Both the position numbers and the translations under genes were made by a program. Below, one piece after another: positions 18,608 through 27,186 of a stretch of DNA of 64,000 bases (the stretch's first letter is position 1; each line of letters opens with the position of its first letter). The notes below the pieces were generated by a model. That model was not told the DNA's origin. It did no database searches and worked only from the letters and a program-made list of their open reading frames with translations. Source of the DNA: a virus; IMG/VR virus record IMGVR_UViG_3300035687_000003, positions 9,410-73,409 of that record; one strand, written 5' to 3'.

Positions 18608-19027
18608 TTAGCGTGTCGCGGTGTCTGCCAGTCGGCCTTCAGTGGCCATACGGTATGTGTCGCATGGCCAGCGGTCGCGACATTCCACGCAGTAGTTTCC
18701 GACTAACCCGCCTCCTGCACTCTCCCGGCAATGCCACGTGGCGATTCGATCCAACCGCAGCTGGAGTTCTGCAATAGCGTAGGCGTCTCCGTGTGCGCCG
18801 ATCACTGCCGCGCGAGCTTCCGCTAGTGCCGCCTGCTCGTCGTTGAGCAGCGCGGAGAGTCCCGTGACGGCCAGGGAGGCGACTTGGACCTGCCAGGGTG
18901 CGACGATCCAGTCAGGTGAACCCACGGGAGTTATTGCGAAAGATCCACCTTGCGCTTTAGCTGACGCTAGTGCCTCGTGGATCGCCTCGTGCGCGGCCTG
19001 CAGCACGTCAGGGGTGAGCATGGTCAT
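18608..19027 (-). CDS. Hypothetical phage protein
   Basis: C-terminal H..CVEC..WPCDT motif. Confidence 0.6.
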   Translation of the reverse strand: MTMLTPDVLQAAHEAIHEALASAKAQGGSFAITPVGSPDWIVAPWQVQVASLAVTGLSALLNDEQAALAEARAAVIGAHGDAYAIAELQLRLDRIATWHCRESAGGGLVGNYCVECRDRWPCDTYRMATEGRLADTATR

Positions 19028-19218
19028 GGGGAGCCTTCCGGTGAGGTTGGCAGGGTAGGTGGCGGGTCTGACATGCCAGCCCGCAAGTGACGCAAGCTGG
19101 GTAGATGTTGATCCAGCAGCCACAGGATGTGAGCGTTCGCGGAACGTCGCTCCCGTGCAGCCGCCAATTTCAACCGCTCATGGAGATCGTCCGGGAACCG
19201 CACGTTCAGGTTGGACAC
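19024..19218 (-). CDS. Arc-family ribbon-helix-helix regulator
   Basis: NLNVRFPDDLHERLKLAAARERRSANAHILWLL. Confidence 0.85.
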   Translation of the reverse strand: MSNLNVRFPDDLHERLKLAAARERRSANAHILWLLDQHLPSLRHLRAGMSDPPPTLPTSPEGSP

Positions 19219-19256
19219 GGTGCCAGTGTAGGGCTAGAGTGGTGCCGTGTCCAACC
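19209..19256. promoter_or_regulatory. Symmetric divergent leaderless promoter pair
   Basis: + strand TAGAGT-GGTGCC-GTG; - strand TACACT-GGCACC-GTG; 12-bp inverted repeat GGTTGGACACGG/CCGTGTCCAACC. Confidence 0.7.
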
Positions 19257-19607
19257 CACCTCCTGGCATCCCGCACCGCCGTCATCCCTGCCCACCCCTG
19301 CCCCTGGCGGGTAGACGTGGAGCCCGGCCGGTTCCCGCTCTGCCGCTACGAGGCTCTGCGCGCGACGTCAGGTGCCCCGGGCCGGGAAGCTCCCCTCAGT
19401 GCGCCCATGTTCGCCTGTCACAAGACTGCGGAAGGTGCCGAGCAGGCGTGCGCAGGATGGCTGGCCGCGGTCGGTCGGAAGCGCATCGGAGTGCGTGCCG
19501 CAGTGGCGCTTGGCCGTTTGCCGGTCTCGGTCCTGGACCCCGGCGAGGGCTGGCCGCAGCTGCACACTGGGTATGACGAGATGGTCGCAGCGAAAGTGAT
19601 CTACTGA
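19247..19607 (+). pseudogene. DUF6283-like Cys-rich protein, frameshifted near 19295
   Basis: Removing one C from the run at 19295-19298 gives HPCPPCPWRVD...MFACHKT..CAGWL. Confidence 0.65.
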
Positions 19608-19618
19608 AAGGGGCTCTC

Positions 19619-19831
19619 GTGAGCGAGCGCACGGAAATCAATGGTGTACCCGTTGAGATGTATGGCACATGGTGCCCACACGGCCACCATGTCTTTGTGG
19701 TCAATCCAGCTGACACTCGTCCGAACCCGACGACGATTGCGGCTGACCCGTGGCCATGCACTCAAGGGTGCACTGCGGAAGGAATTAACGCTGAAATGGA
19801 AGCCGAGATCGACGAATGGCTAAACCCATGA
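19619..19831 (+). CDS. Hypothetical protein
   Basis: RBS; CPHGH..WPC..C. Confidence 0.5.
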   Translation: MSERTEINGVPVEMYGTWCPHGHHVFVVNPADTRPNPTTIAADPWPCTQGCTAEGINAEMEAEIDEWLNP

Positions 19832-19864
19832 GTCTTCCACCTAATGAGATGAGGATGTAGCGTC

Positions 19865-20119
19865 GTGACAGCTTTCGATCCGCAAACTGCGACTGAGAAT
19901 CAAGTATTGCGGAATAAGGCATATTGGCAAGCTCACGATATCGCCGATGAATTAGGGAAGCTTGCTACCAGAATAGCTCATGAAGCTGCGCCGCTTCGCA
20001 ATGAATCACGTCCAGCGGCTTCCATTGTCGCCGATGTGGTCAATGCGTACACTCAGGGCAGTAATGCTATCGGCGCGATATTCTGGTCGATGATCCGCGA
20101 ACTTGAGCGAATGAAGTGA
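19865..20119 (+). CDS. Hypothetical protein
   Basis: GAGG RBS; coupled to resolvase. Confidence 0.55.
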   Translation: MTAFDPQTATENQVLRNKAYWQAHDIADELGKLATRIAHEAAPLRNESRPAASIVADVVNAYTQGSNAIGAIFWSMIRELERMK

Positions 20120-20724
20120 TGAGCCTCCCGCGTATGATGAAAATCGGTGGCCTAGATTACTCTATGACCAATTCCGGAATTGCAATCCTGACTCGTCGTG
20201 TCACTGGTGAATGTGTTATGCACACTACTACGGTTCGCAGTACTGGTCATCGCGGGGATTCGCTGCCTGTTCGTCGGCAGAGATTGGCTACTCTTGCCGC
20301 CGACGTGGTGCACCATCTGGGCACCTGCGACCTGGTCGTCATTGAAGGTGTCATCCGCGGGGCGACGGGGGCGCTGCTGGACCGCTACGGTGGACTATGG
20401 TTCATCATGGACCCGCTCATCCGTCGCGAGGTTCCGATCGCTGTAGCCGGTCCCGGTTCCGCTAAGAAGGCGATCACGGACAACGGTCGGGCGGACAAGG
20501 CGCTCATGTCCCGATACATCACGAAACTCTGGCCGGACCTAGAAACGGCTAACGAGCATGAAAGCGACGCCGCGGGGCTAGCGCATCTCGGGGCCGTGGC
20601 TCTCGGATGGAACGTGTCCACTTTGGAGCGGCACAAAGCGGTGAAGTGGACGGAATGGCCGGAGTTCGGGCCAACGGCCCATCTGGTCGCATTGCCGATG
20701 GATTATGCGGAGGAGGTTTCGTGA
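20116..20724 (+). CDS. RuvC-like Holliday junction resolvase
   Basis: GLDYSMTNSGIA; LVVIEG; KKAITDNGRADK; NEHESDA. Confidence 0.8.
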   Translation: MMSLPRMMKIGGLDYSMTNSGIAILTRRVTGECVMHTTTVRSTGHRGDSLPVRRQRLATLAADVVHHLGTCDLVVIEGVIRGATGALLDRYGGLWFIMDPLIRREVPIAVAGPGSAKKAITDNGRADKALMSRYITKLWPDLETANEHESDAAGLAHLGAVALGWNVSTLERHKAVKWTEWPEFGPTAHLVALPMDYAEEVS

Positions 20725-20885
20725 CCAGGTGGAACCATGCGTTTATCGCGGGATGCACCTTGTCGATCGTATCAGTGGTTGCAAACTCGTCGGAAGCTTA
20801 TCGTCAGGTCATGGTATATGCGTGGGAGGTTTTCCTGGTCGCCTTAATCGTCGACGCCGTAATTGGTGGCTACCGGGATAGGTGA
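20721..20885 (+). CDS. Small membrane protein
   Basis: GGAGG RBS; two hydrophobic segments. Confidence 0.5.
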   Translation: MTRWNHAFIAGCTLSIVSVVANSSEAYRQVMVYAWEVFLVALIVDAVIGGYRDR

Positions 20886-20938
20886 TCACCTATTCGCAGG
20901 CAATGCTCCGTTCAGAATACGACAGAGGAGAGTAAATA

Positions 20939-21439
20939 ATGGCAGGCGAAGTGACTGTGACGATTGTCGGCACAGTATGTGCTGACCCGGAGATGCGGTT
21001 TATTTCCAGCGGTGATGGGGTGGTTAACTTTACGATCGCTTCCAACTCCCGCCGGCTCAATAAGGATACGGGCAAGTGGGAAGATTCGGATGCATTGTTC
21101 ATGCGGTGCAATGCTTGGCGGCAGCTCGCGGAGAACATTAACGAAAGCCTGTCGAAAGGTGACCGAGCTATTGTCACCGGTCGACTTAAGCAACGCAGCT
21201 ATACGACAAAGGAAGGTGAGAAGCGTACCGTCGTTGAGCTGGAGGTCGACGAGATCGGGCCTAGTCTCAAGTGGGCTACGGTCAAGGTGAACAAGGCTAC
21301 CCGTTCCGGCGGCAAGGCAACCCAGGATGACGACCAGTGGGCCTCCGCTCAGCCGGCCAAGGCGTCTGCGGGTGGTGACAGCTGGGATGATGACCCGCCG
21401 CCGTTCTTCCGGTCCGAACGGTTCGACAATGAGTTCTGA
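20939..21439 (+). CDS. ssb: Single-stranded DNA-binding protein
   Basis: MAGEVTVTIVG..DPEMRF..WRQLAENINESLSKG..GRLKQRSY..DEIGPSL; acidic tail DDDPPPF. Confidence 0.95.
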   Translation: MAGEVTVTIVGTVCADPEMRFISSGDGVVNFTIASNSRRLNKDTGKWEDSDALFMRCNAWRQLAENINESLSKGDRAIVTGRLKQRSYTTKEGEKRTVVELEVDEIGPSLKWATVKVNKATRSGGKATQDDDQWASAQPAKASAGGDSWDDDPPPFFRSERFDNEF

Positions 21440-21440
21440 C

Positions 21441-21623
21441 ATGGGCTGCAGCAGATGGCTCGACAATGGTGCGCTATGCGGGAAGCCGGTCGCATGGGGC
21501 AGGCCGGTGACCATACTTCTCGACCCAGTACTTTGCCGGTACGGAACATATATGGCGAAAGTATGTTCCGAGCATCGGCAGGAATACGATAACGCAATGG
21601 CTGCGATGGGTATAGGGAAGTGA
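21441..21623 (+). CDS. Small Cys-containing protein
   Basis: C..CGKP..CSEH. Confidence 0.45.
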   Translation: MGCSRWLDNGALCGKPVAWGRPVTILLDPVLCRYGTYMAKVCSEHRQEYDNAMAAMGIGK

Positions 21624-21644
21624 GTCCTGACATGGGTTCAAGTC

Positions 21645-21962
21645 GTGATTGACCCGGTCAGCCTCGCGGTAGGCGCTATAATCTTTCTCGGCGGCCTAGC
21701 GGCTGGTCGTCTCATTTACCGAACTAGCGTCTTAATCGGTTCAAACGTGAAGTCGCCTGTAGCTAAATGCTCGTGCGCGCATGGTTGTGGCGCGCACGAA
21801 CCCAATGGCGGCGCCTGCAATGAGCAGGTTAAGCGGGCGTCAAGGTGGAATTATGAAGGAGACGCAATTGGGTACGAGTGGGTTGGTTGTCCGTGTCGCG
21901 CGTATGATGGGCCGGAGCCTCTTCCTCGGGTATGGTCTACCAACCCGCCATTATTGCCATGA
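21645..21962 (+). CDS. Membrane-anchored Cys-rich protein
   Basis: N-terminal TM; CSCAH..H..C..CPCRAYDGPEP. Confidence 0.65.
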   Translation: MIDPVSLAVGAIIFLGGLAAGRLIYRTSVLIGSNVKSPVAKCSCAHGCGAHEPNGGACNEQVKRASRWNYEGDAIGYEWVGCPCRAYDGPEPLPRVWSTNPPLLP

Positions 21963-22276
21963 CTACGAGTCCTGACCCGCTATTAGCCTACGTCACTTGC
22001 CATGACCTAGCCGCTCAAGGTGCCACCTACCGGCAGATCGACCACTGGACAAACCGTGGGTGGTTGGTAGCTGCCAACTCGTTTCCAGGGTCCGGGAACC
22101 AACGGAGATACCCACTGGACCAGCTGGACGTCGTCCGTAAGATGGTGCGGCTCACTGCTGCGGGCATTGCCCCTGCAGCGGCGCACCGGGCCATCCGCGA
22201 CGGTGGTTACCTGGCCGCTGGCGTACGTGTGATTATTGAAGATGAACCACAGGACCTGACCGAGGGAACGGAATGA
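21959..22276 (+). CDS. MerR-type HTH protein
   Basis: GATYRQIDHWTNRGWL..PGSGNQRRY. Confidence 0.8.
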   Translation: MTTSPDPLLAYVTCHDLAAQGATYRQIDHWTNRGWLVAANSFPGSGNQRRYPLDQLDVVRKMVRLTAAGIAPAAAHRAIRDGGYLAAGVRVIIEDEPQDLTEGTE

Positions 22277-22286
22277 GGAGACCGTA

Positions 22287-22772
22287 ATGGCTAACGCAGA
22301 AGTGATCAGGGAGACCCTCGCTGTAGCGCGCGAAAACCGTCACCGGTTCAATATGAGGACGTGGATAAGCGGCCAGGGTAATCCGGACGCCACGTCCTGG
22401 CAGGAATGCGGCACGACTGCGTGCCTCGGCGGTTGGCGGTGCCTGCTCGACGGACTGCGGCCCAAGTTGTACCCGGATGGATACGTAACGACCGAGTTCA
22501 TTGACCCGTCTACGGGAAAGACGGTGCACCCAGAAGACTGGGCGATGCAGCGTATGGAGCTCCATCGCGGCGAAGCTGAGGCACTACTTCAGGCTACGCA
22601 TCTCGGTGATGATATTGATGCCGTGGAGAGGCTTGCAGAGCTAGTTATCTCCGGTGAATGGGTTGGATGCGAAAGCTGCGGCGGTAATGGCGGCTGCGGC
22701 GACTGCGACAACCTAGGGATCGTGCGTTATTCCGGTGGAGCTGCTGACCACCGAAGCGACGGGAGCATGTGA
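22287..22772 (+). CDS. Hypothetical phage protein
   Basis: GAGGAG RBS; CGTTACLGGW motif. Confidence 0.7.
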   Translation: MANAEVIRETLAVARENRHRFNMRTWISGQGNPDATSWQECGTTACLGGWRCLLDGLRPKLYPDGYVTTEFIDPSTGKTVHPEDWAMQRMELHRGEAEALLQATHLGDDIDAVERLAELVISGEWVGCESCGGNGGCGDCDNLGIVRYSGGAADHRSDGSM

Positions 22773-23026
22773 TGGCAACTAGAAACGAGCACGGCGGCTG
22801 GGATCTCACGACCGAAGAAGCGTCCGATTTAGAACCTGCAGAGATCGAAGAAGTGTCCGATTGGGAACCTTCGGTAACTATCCCCTTCAAGCAACTATTC
22901 GACCGAGATCACTGCGATGCTCAGCGCGGGATTTACCTCTACGCCTGCATTATCTGCGGACGGATCACGCCCAACCGGATCACTCACTTACAGACCGAGC
23001 ACGGAGCGACCAACGTAGATCATTAA
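22769..23026 (+). CDS. Hypothetical protein with C2H2-like end
   Basis: CIIC...H...H. Confidence 0.5.
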   Translation: MMATRNEHGGWDLTTEEASDLEPAEIEEVSDWEPSVTIPFKQLFDRDHCDAQRGIYLYACIICGRITPNRITHLQTEHGATNVDH

Positions 23027-23065
23027 CCTGGTGGAGTCGGCGGCGGTCAGGGTCTCCGGGAGGCC

Positions 23066-23476
23066 TTGCATGTTCACCTGGCACTGTGCTCTACGCTGCG
23101 GCGCGTGCTCCGTACGTCACGTCAGCCCCCCTGTTACCGCGCTCAACCGCCGACCGCGCCGGACCTGGCGCAGGTTCATGCTGACGACGAGATGCTCACC
23201 CGGCTATCCCGTAGTCACTACACGGGCACCGACGCGTTGAGCCGACGGTTCGCGGCGCTGCGAGATCGCGTGAGGGGCCAGTCGGCGGAAGATGGGCAGC
23301 CCGCGCCGTCCACTACCGTGATCTGCGCACTGCTCCTGTTGACCTTGACGTGCTTCGCGTGCGCCACGGTAGTCATGATCACCTCTAAGCGGCTCGGCGC
23401 GTTCATGCTGGCCGTGACCGTGATGCCCTTGATCGCTGCGGGAGTTATCAGCAGGTGGGTCAGGCTAAAAGGTTAG
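23066..23476 (+). CDS. Membrane protein, start uncertain
   Basis: Two C-terminal hydrophobic helices. Confidence 0.45.
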   Translation: MHVHLALCSTLRRVLRTSRQPPCYRAQPPTAPDLAQVHADDEMLTRLSRSHYTGTDALSRRFAALRDRVRGQSAEDGQPAPSTTVICALLLLTLTCFACATVVMITSKRLGAFMLAVTVMPLIAAGVISRWVRLKG

Positions 23477-23590
23477 TTTCACCTGGACGGATGCACTAAC
23501 GACGGCTCTAGCTGTCTACGCGAATGCCATGGTCCTCCAGCTTAGGTTACTATCGCGGTCACTAACCACTCACCGCTTAGGAGGCGCATC

Positions 23591-23968
23591 ATGGCCCAGG
23601 TAACCACCGTCGAGTTGATCGACGACCTGGACGGTTCGGCCGCAGAGGAGACAGTAAAGTTCGCGCTGGACGGCAAGCCATACGTCATCGACTTGTCGGG
23701 GCATAACGCGGGCGTGCTCCGCGACATCCTCGGTGACTACGTGGGCGTTGCCCGCCTTGACCCTGAGGCGCTACTGGCCGCTGGTCGTTCTCGTGTGACC
23801 CGTAAGCCGGGTAGCGGTGCTCCCGCAGCCAACCGCGAGCAGACCGCCGCTGTGCGCGAGTGGGCACGGCGCAACGGCCACCAGGTGTCCGACCGGGGCC
23901 GGATCTCTGCCACTGTGCAGGCCGCGTTCGATGATGCGCACCGGTCCCCGCTCGCGGTAGCAGGGTGA
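23591..23968 (+). CDS. lsr2: Lsr2 nucleoid-associated protein
   Basis: [23 protein letters not shown]; [18 protein letters not shown]. Confidence 0.95.
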   Translation: MAQVTTVELIDDLDGSAAEETVKFALDGKPYVIDLSGHNAGVLRDILGDYVGVARLDPEALLAAGRSRVTRKPGSGAPAANREQTAAVREWARRNGHQVSDRGRISATVQAAFDDAHRSPLAVAG

Positions 23969-23974
23969 TTTACC

Positions 23975-24367
23975 GTGCGTAAAGAGCTGAAGATCACTGA
24001 AGAGGAGTTATTCATCGCTAGGCGGGGTGTGAGTACCCGTTGCGCCATCGCTGCGGCGATCATGACGCAGGTGCCGTCAGCGCGCCGGATCAAGGTCGAC
24101 CAGTCCGAGATCTCGTGGTTGGATGTAGAACGTAACGAGCGGCTGGTGTTCCGGACACCACCGAGTGCACAGGAGTTCGTGCGGCGCTGGGATAATGCGC
24201 AGGAAGTCGCTCCGTTCACTTTCGTGCTCAGTGACGCCATGCTGCTCGCTCGACGGAAACCCAAGGTGCGTTCTCGGGAAGCGCGGATCGCCGCGCCGCT
24301 ACGATCCACGCCCACTAAGAGACCTGGCCTGCTCATGAATCGGCGTGAGGAGAACTGCGAGGCATGA
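23975..24367 (+). CDS. Hypothetical protein
   Basis: CAIAAAI; follows lsr2 in the same orientation. Confidence 0.6.
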   Translation: MRKELKITEEELFIARRGVSTRCAIAAAIMTQVPSARRIKVDQSEISWLDVERNERLVFRTPPSAQEFVRRWDNAQEVAPFTFVLSDAMLLARRKPKVRSREARIAAPLRSTPTKRPGLLMNRREENCEA

Positions 24368-24540
24368 TCCCGTGGCTGACCAAGCTTGGTCAGTGCCTAG
24401 TTTGCGGTGGTCGCGGTGGGTATCCTGGTCCCGGCTGCACGATTCTGTGCGGTCGATGTGAGGGTACTGGTCGAGATCTGGTTCGTAGCTCGGACTGGTA
24501 TATGGATTTCGTGTTACCGCAGCAGGCCACGCAACCCTGA
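24364..24540 (+). CDS. Small DnaJ-type zinc finger protein
   Basis: CLVCGGRG and CGRCEGTG (manual translation). Confidence 0.55.
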   Translation: MIPWLTKLGQCLVCGGRGGYPGPGCTILCGRCEGTGRDLVRSSDWYMDFVLPQQATQP

Positions 24541-24674
24541 CCAGCTCCCGCGCGTCTAGTCATCGTCATCGGTGGCGCGGCGACGGGAGTGCGACATGGG
24601 GGATGGCCAGGTGAGCGTCCGGCGGCCGAGGCGTTGGTCTGGCGGCCGTCTTCGCGCGGGCCGATGATCCCGCA

Positions 24675-25418
24675 ATGCCCGCTGACGAGCGTCCAGCCGG
24701 ATCGTGCCTGACGCACTTGCCCCCAAGGGAGGGGCGAGTTCCGCGGCGCGCCGATGATGGCTACTGCACCTGCTCGGACTGTTGTGCCCGGCTGCATCGG
24801 TGGTTGTCCCCCGTCGCGGTCGATGACGCTGGTCGACCGGATGGTATCCCTGGCCTGTACGCGACACTCAACCCTCGACCGGGCTCCGGTGGGGACACTG
24901 GCGGTATCCGGGCCCCCGGCTTCGGGTCCCGCTCGCCAGCGAATGATCACGTGCTAGCAATGCGGGATGCGCGCACTGCGCAGATCGATCCCGGTGACCC
25001 GGCGGCGGCCCCGGCGGTGTTGCGGCAGTGGGTGCTCTACGTCTGGGATGAAAGATTCGACGACGCGGCGCTGGACCAGCCGGACTACCGGGCACGCCGC
25101 GCCGCGCTGCCCACGGCCGTGGAGCCGGCCGCGGTGTGGCTTGCGCGGCAGATGGATTGGCTGACGCGGCGTGAGGTCGTCATTGACTTGTTCGATGAGC
25201 TGCGCAGTCTGCATGCCCAGCTGCGATCCATCGGGTCCAGACGCCGACCGATTGGTGCTTGTCCGAATATGGTTGACGATGGCGGCTCTACGCGACGCTG
25301 CGGATCGATGCTGTACGCGCCGCGGACGGGCGACTGCATCCGGTGTTATGCGTGCGGCCAGGAGTGGCCGCGGGCGGCATGGCTCCGGCTGGGGGACCTG
25401 CTGTCGACGGTGGACTAG
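24675..25418 (+). CDS. Zn-binding protein at end of early region, possible late regulator
   Basis: CSDC; GACP..CG..L..IRCYACG..W; position before HTH gene and late region. Confidence 0.6.
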   Translation: MPADERPAGSCLTHLPPREGRVPRRADDGYCTCSDCCARLHRWLSPVAVDDAGRPDGIPGLYATLNPRPGSGGDTGGIRAPGFGSRSPANDHVLAMRDARTAQIDPGDPAAAPAVLRQWVLYVWDERFDDAALDQPDYRARRAALPTAVEPAAVWLARQMDWLTRREVVIDLFDELRSLHAQLRSIGSRRRPIGACPNMVDDGGSTRRCGSMLYAPRTGDCIRCYACGQEWPRAAWLRLGDLLSTVD

Positions 25419-25421
25419 CGG

Positions 25422-25628
25422 GTGGTCGGGCCGCGTAGGCGACTGGTCGACGCTACGGTCGCTGCGCTGCATATCCGGCAGACGTACGGTGTGACGGTGG
25501 CACCATCGACCATCCGGTCATGGGCAACTCGCGGCCACATTGCCCGCTACGGCACTGGCCGGCGCGGCGCGCACTACGACCTGGATGAGGTGGATTGCTA
25601 CGCCAGTCAGCGGTTCGATCACCAGTGA
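25422..25628 (+). CDS. Excisionase/MerR-like HTH protein
   Basis: VAPSTIRSWATRGHI..YDLDEV. Confidence 0.7.
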   Translation: MVGPRRRLVDATVAALHIRQTYGVTVAPSTIRSWATRGHIARYGTGRRGAHYDLDEVDCYASQRFDHQ

Positions 25629-25783
25629 TGTTGCGGATCGTCTTGATCAGGTGCCACACTAGGATCTCTGGACCGGATTATGTCCACTTGCTCCCGATGT
25701 TCTCGCCAGCGGCGTGCTCACCGTGTGCCACCTTCCGTTCGTCGCGCTCCGAGAATTGCCCTATTTTCAAGATCAAGCGCACG

Positions 25784-25812
25784 TTGCGGGGTCTTGACAG
25801 GCAGGGTATGAT
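25784..25812 (+). promoter_or_regulatory. Candidate promoter ahead of moron/late region
   Basis: TTGCGG-N17-TATGAT; similar TTGCGG-N18-CACACT at 25631. Confidence 0.5.
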
Positions 25813-25860
25813 CAAGGCACGCCTAAAAGGCTCTTGATCATCCCCCTGGCAAGACGCAAC

Positions 25861-26008
25861 GTGACCTGCGGAAACGTATTTTTCGCTTCACGGGGCCGCG
25901 TGGACCGATCTACCTGCGGAAACACCGTGATTTCGCGATCTTCCAGGACTGCCGTGGACCTATCGTGGACCAACCGTGGACCAACCGTGGACCAACCCGT
26001 GGACCAAT
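25861..26008. repeat. CGTGGACC x6 and ACCTGCGGAAAC x2 direct repeats
   Basis: CGTGGACC at 25899, 25953, 25964, 25975, 25986, 25998; ACCTGCGGAAAC at 25864 and 25912. Confidence 0.85.
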
Positions 26009-26059
26009 CCTGACGCCACCTGAGTGACGGTGCCGTACGCGGGTGAGCGGAGGTGCCAG

Positions 26060-26215
26060 GTGGTGATACTTGGCCTAATCTTGATCCTTCTAGGATACTT
26101 CCTGCCGATGTCGATCCTGGTAACCATCGGGTTGGTCTTGCTTGTGGTCGGCGTTGTCCTCGTGCTGCTCGGTGCGACCGGGCACCCGGTAGGAGGCCGT
26201 TCGTACTGGTATTAA
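26060..26215 (+). CDS. Small membrane protein, DUF6131-like
   Basis: ILGLILILLG..TIGLVLLVVG..GHPVGGRSYWY; GGAGG RBS. Confidence 0.75.
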   Translation: MVILGLILILLGYFLPMSILVTIGLVLLVVGVVLVLLGATGHPVGGRSYWY

Positions 26216-26216
26216 C

Positions 26217-26492
26217 TTGATCACCTACCGGGACTGTCTTGCGGAGGTGATCATGAGCCCCGCATGGTTCGACGGCGGCCAGATGCTCCCCCCGGCCCGC
26301 GGCACCTCACGGGAGCGTCACGCAGCGCGTCTCACCTGCGCACGGGCCGCACAGGGTGACGCTGACAACCTGCGGCTGTACTTGAACGTCTTAGCGCTAT
26401 GGCCTGCCCAGGACGTCGATGTCACCTACACCGACACACCGACAGTCTGGGGTGCTGACTACATCTCCCGTCGCAGCGGGTTGAGCGACTGA
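26217..26492 (+). CDS. Hypothetical protein
   Basis: GGAGGTG RBS before an internal ATG. Confidence 0.5.
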   Translation: MITYRDCLAEVIMSPAWFDGGQMLPPARGTSRERHAARLTCARAAQGDADNLRLYLNVLALWPAQDVDVTYTDTPTVWGADYISRRSGLSD

Positions 26493-26525
26493 CCAGCGTT
26501 GCTACTTGATCGAGAGGACCTGCAC

Positions 26526-26732
26526 GTGTCCCGCTTCACCCGGCTCGCCGCTGTAGCAGCCGTCATTACTCCCCTGGCCGCCGTGTTGCTCGCCGGTCCC
26601 GCCAGCGCGCACACCGTCTGCCCCCGCACCCTGCTGTGCGCACCGGTCGATGCTCCCCTCGTCGACGTCGATGGCCCACTGCTCACCTCGCCGCTGGTCA
26701 CTGGCGTCAGCGTGACGGGGGACGCCAAGTGA
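26526..26732 (+). CDS. Small secreted protein
   Basis: Signal peptide ending PASA; mature part with two Cys and APVDAPLVDV. Confidence 0.6.
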   Translation: MSRFTRLAAVAAVITPLAAVLLAGPASAHTVCPRTLLCAPVDAPLVDVDGPLLTSPLVTGVSVTGDAK

Positions 26733-27181
26733 GGATTCCCCTGGTAGTCGCAGGTGTTGCTAGTGGAGCTGCCCTGGTGTTCGTCGCCGCCGCGCTGCCA
26801 GCGCAGGCCGCGTCCAGCGGGTCAGGGTCGGGATGCGTGAAGGCGCAGCAGGAGCTCAACGCCATCATCATCAACTCGGATAACGCGTCGATCAAGCAGC
26901 ACGCCGAGATCATCGCCAAGTGCAAGGTGACTCATGTGCCGACACCCGCACCGACGCCTGCGCCTACCGTGGTCCCGACGCCTGCACCGACTACGGTTCC
27001 GGTCCCCGCGCCGACCACTTCGCCGGCCCCGGTCACGATCATTAACAATCCGCCGGCGGTAACCGTAGTACAGCCGCGTCAGCCTGCGCCCCCGGTGGTC
27101 GTTAATCAGACGGCACCTCGTGTTGTGCGGCAGGCCCCGCCGCCGGTCGTGGTTAACGACGACCTCACCGTTACGCACTGA
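26729..27181 (+). CDS. Secreted Pro/Thr/Val-rich protein
   Basis: Signal peptide ending PAQA; PTPAPT repeats. Confidence 0.65.
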   Translation: MRIPLVVAGVASGAALVFVAAALPAQAASSGSGSGCVKAQQELNAIIINSDNASIKQHAEIIAKCKVTHVPTPAPTPAPTVVPTPAPTTVPVPAPTTSPAPVTIINNPPAVTVVQPRQPAPPVVVNQTAPRVVRQAPPPVVVNDDLTVTH

Positions 27182-27186
27182 TCGAC

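Noticed and set aside
25953-26008. Possible CRISPR mini-array
   Set aside because: 8-11 bp units with no spacers and no cas genes
25861-26008. Definite attP site
   Set aside because: No integrase or tRNA-like core visible; kept only as one hypothesis
26935-27030. Tandem DNA repeat as a regulatory element
   Set aside because: Explained by the PTPAPT coding linker
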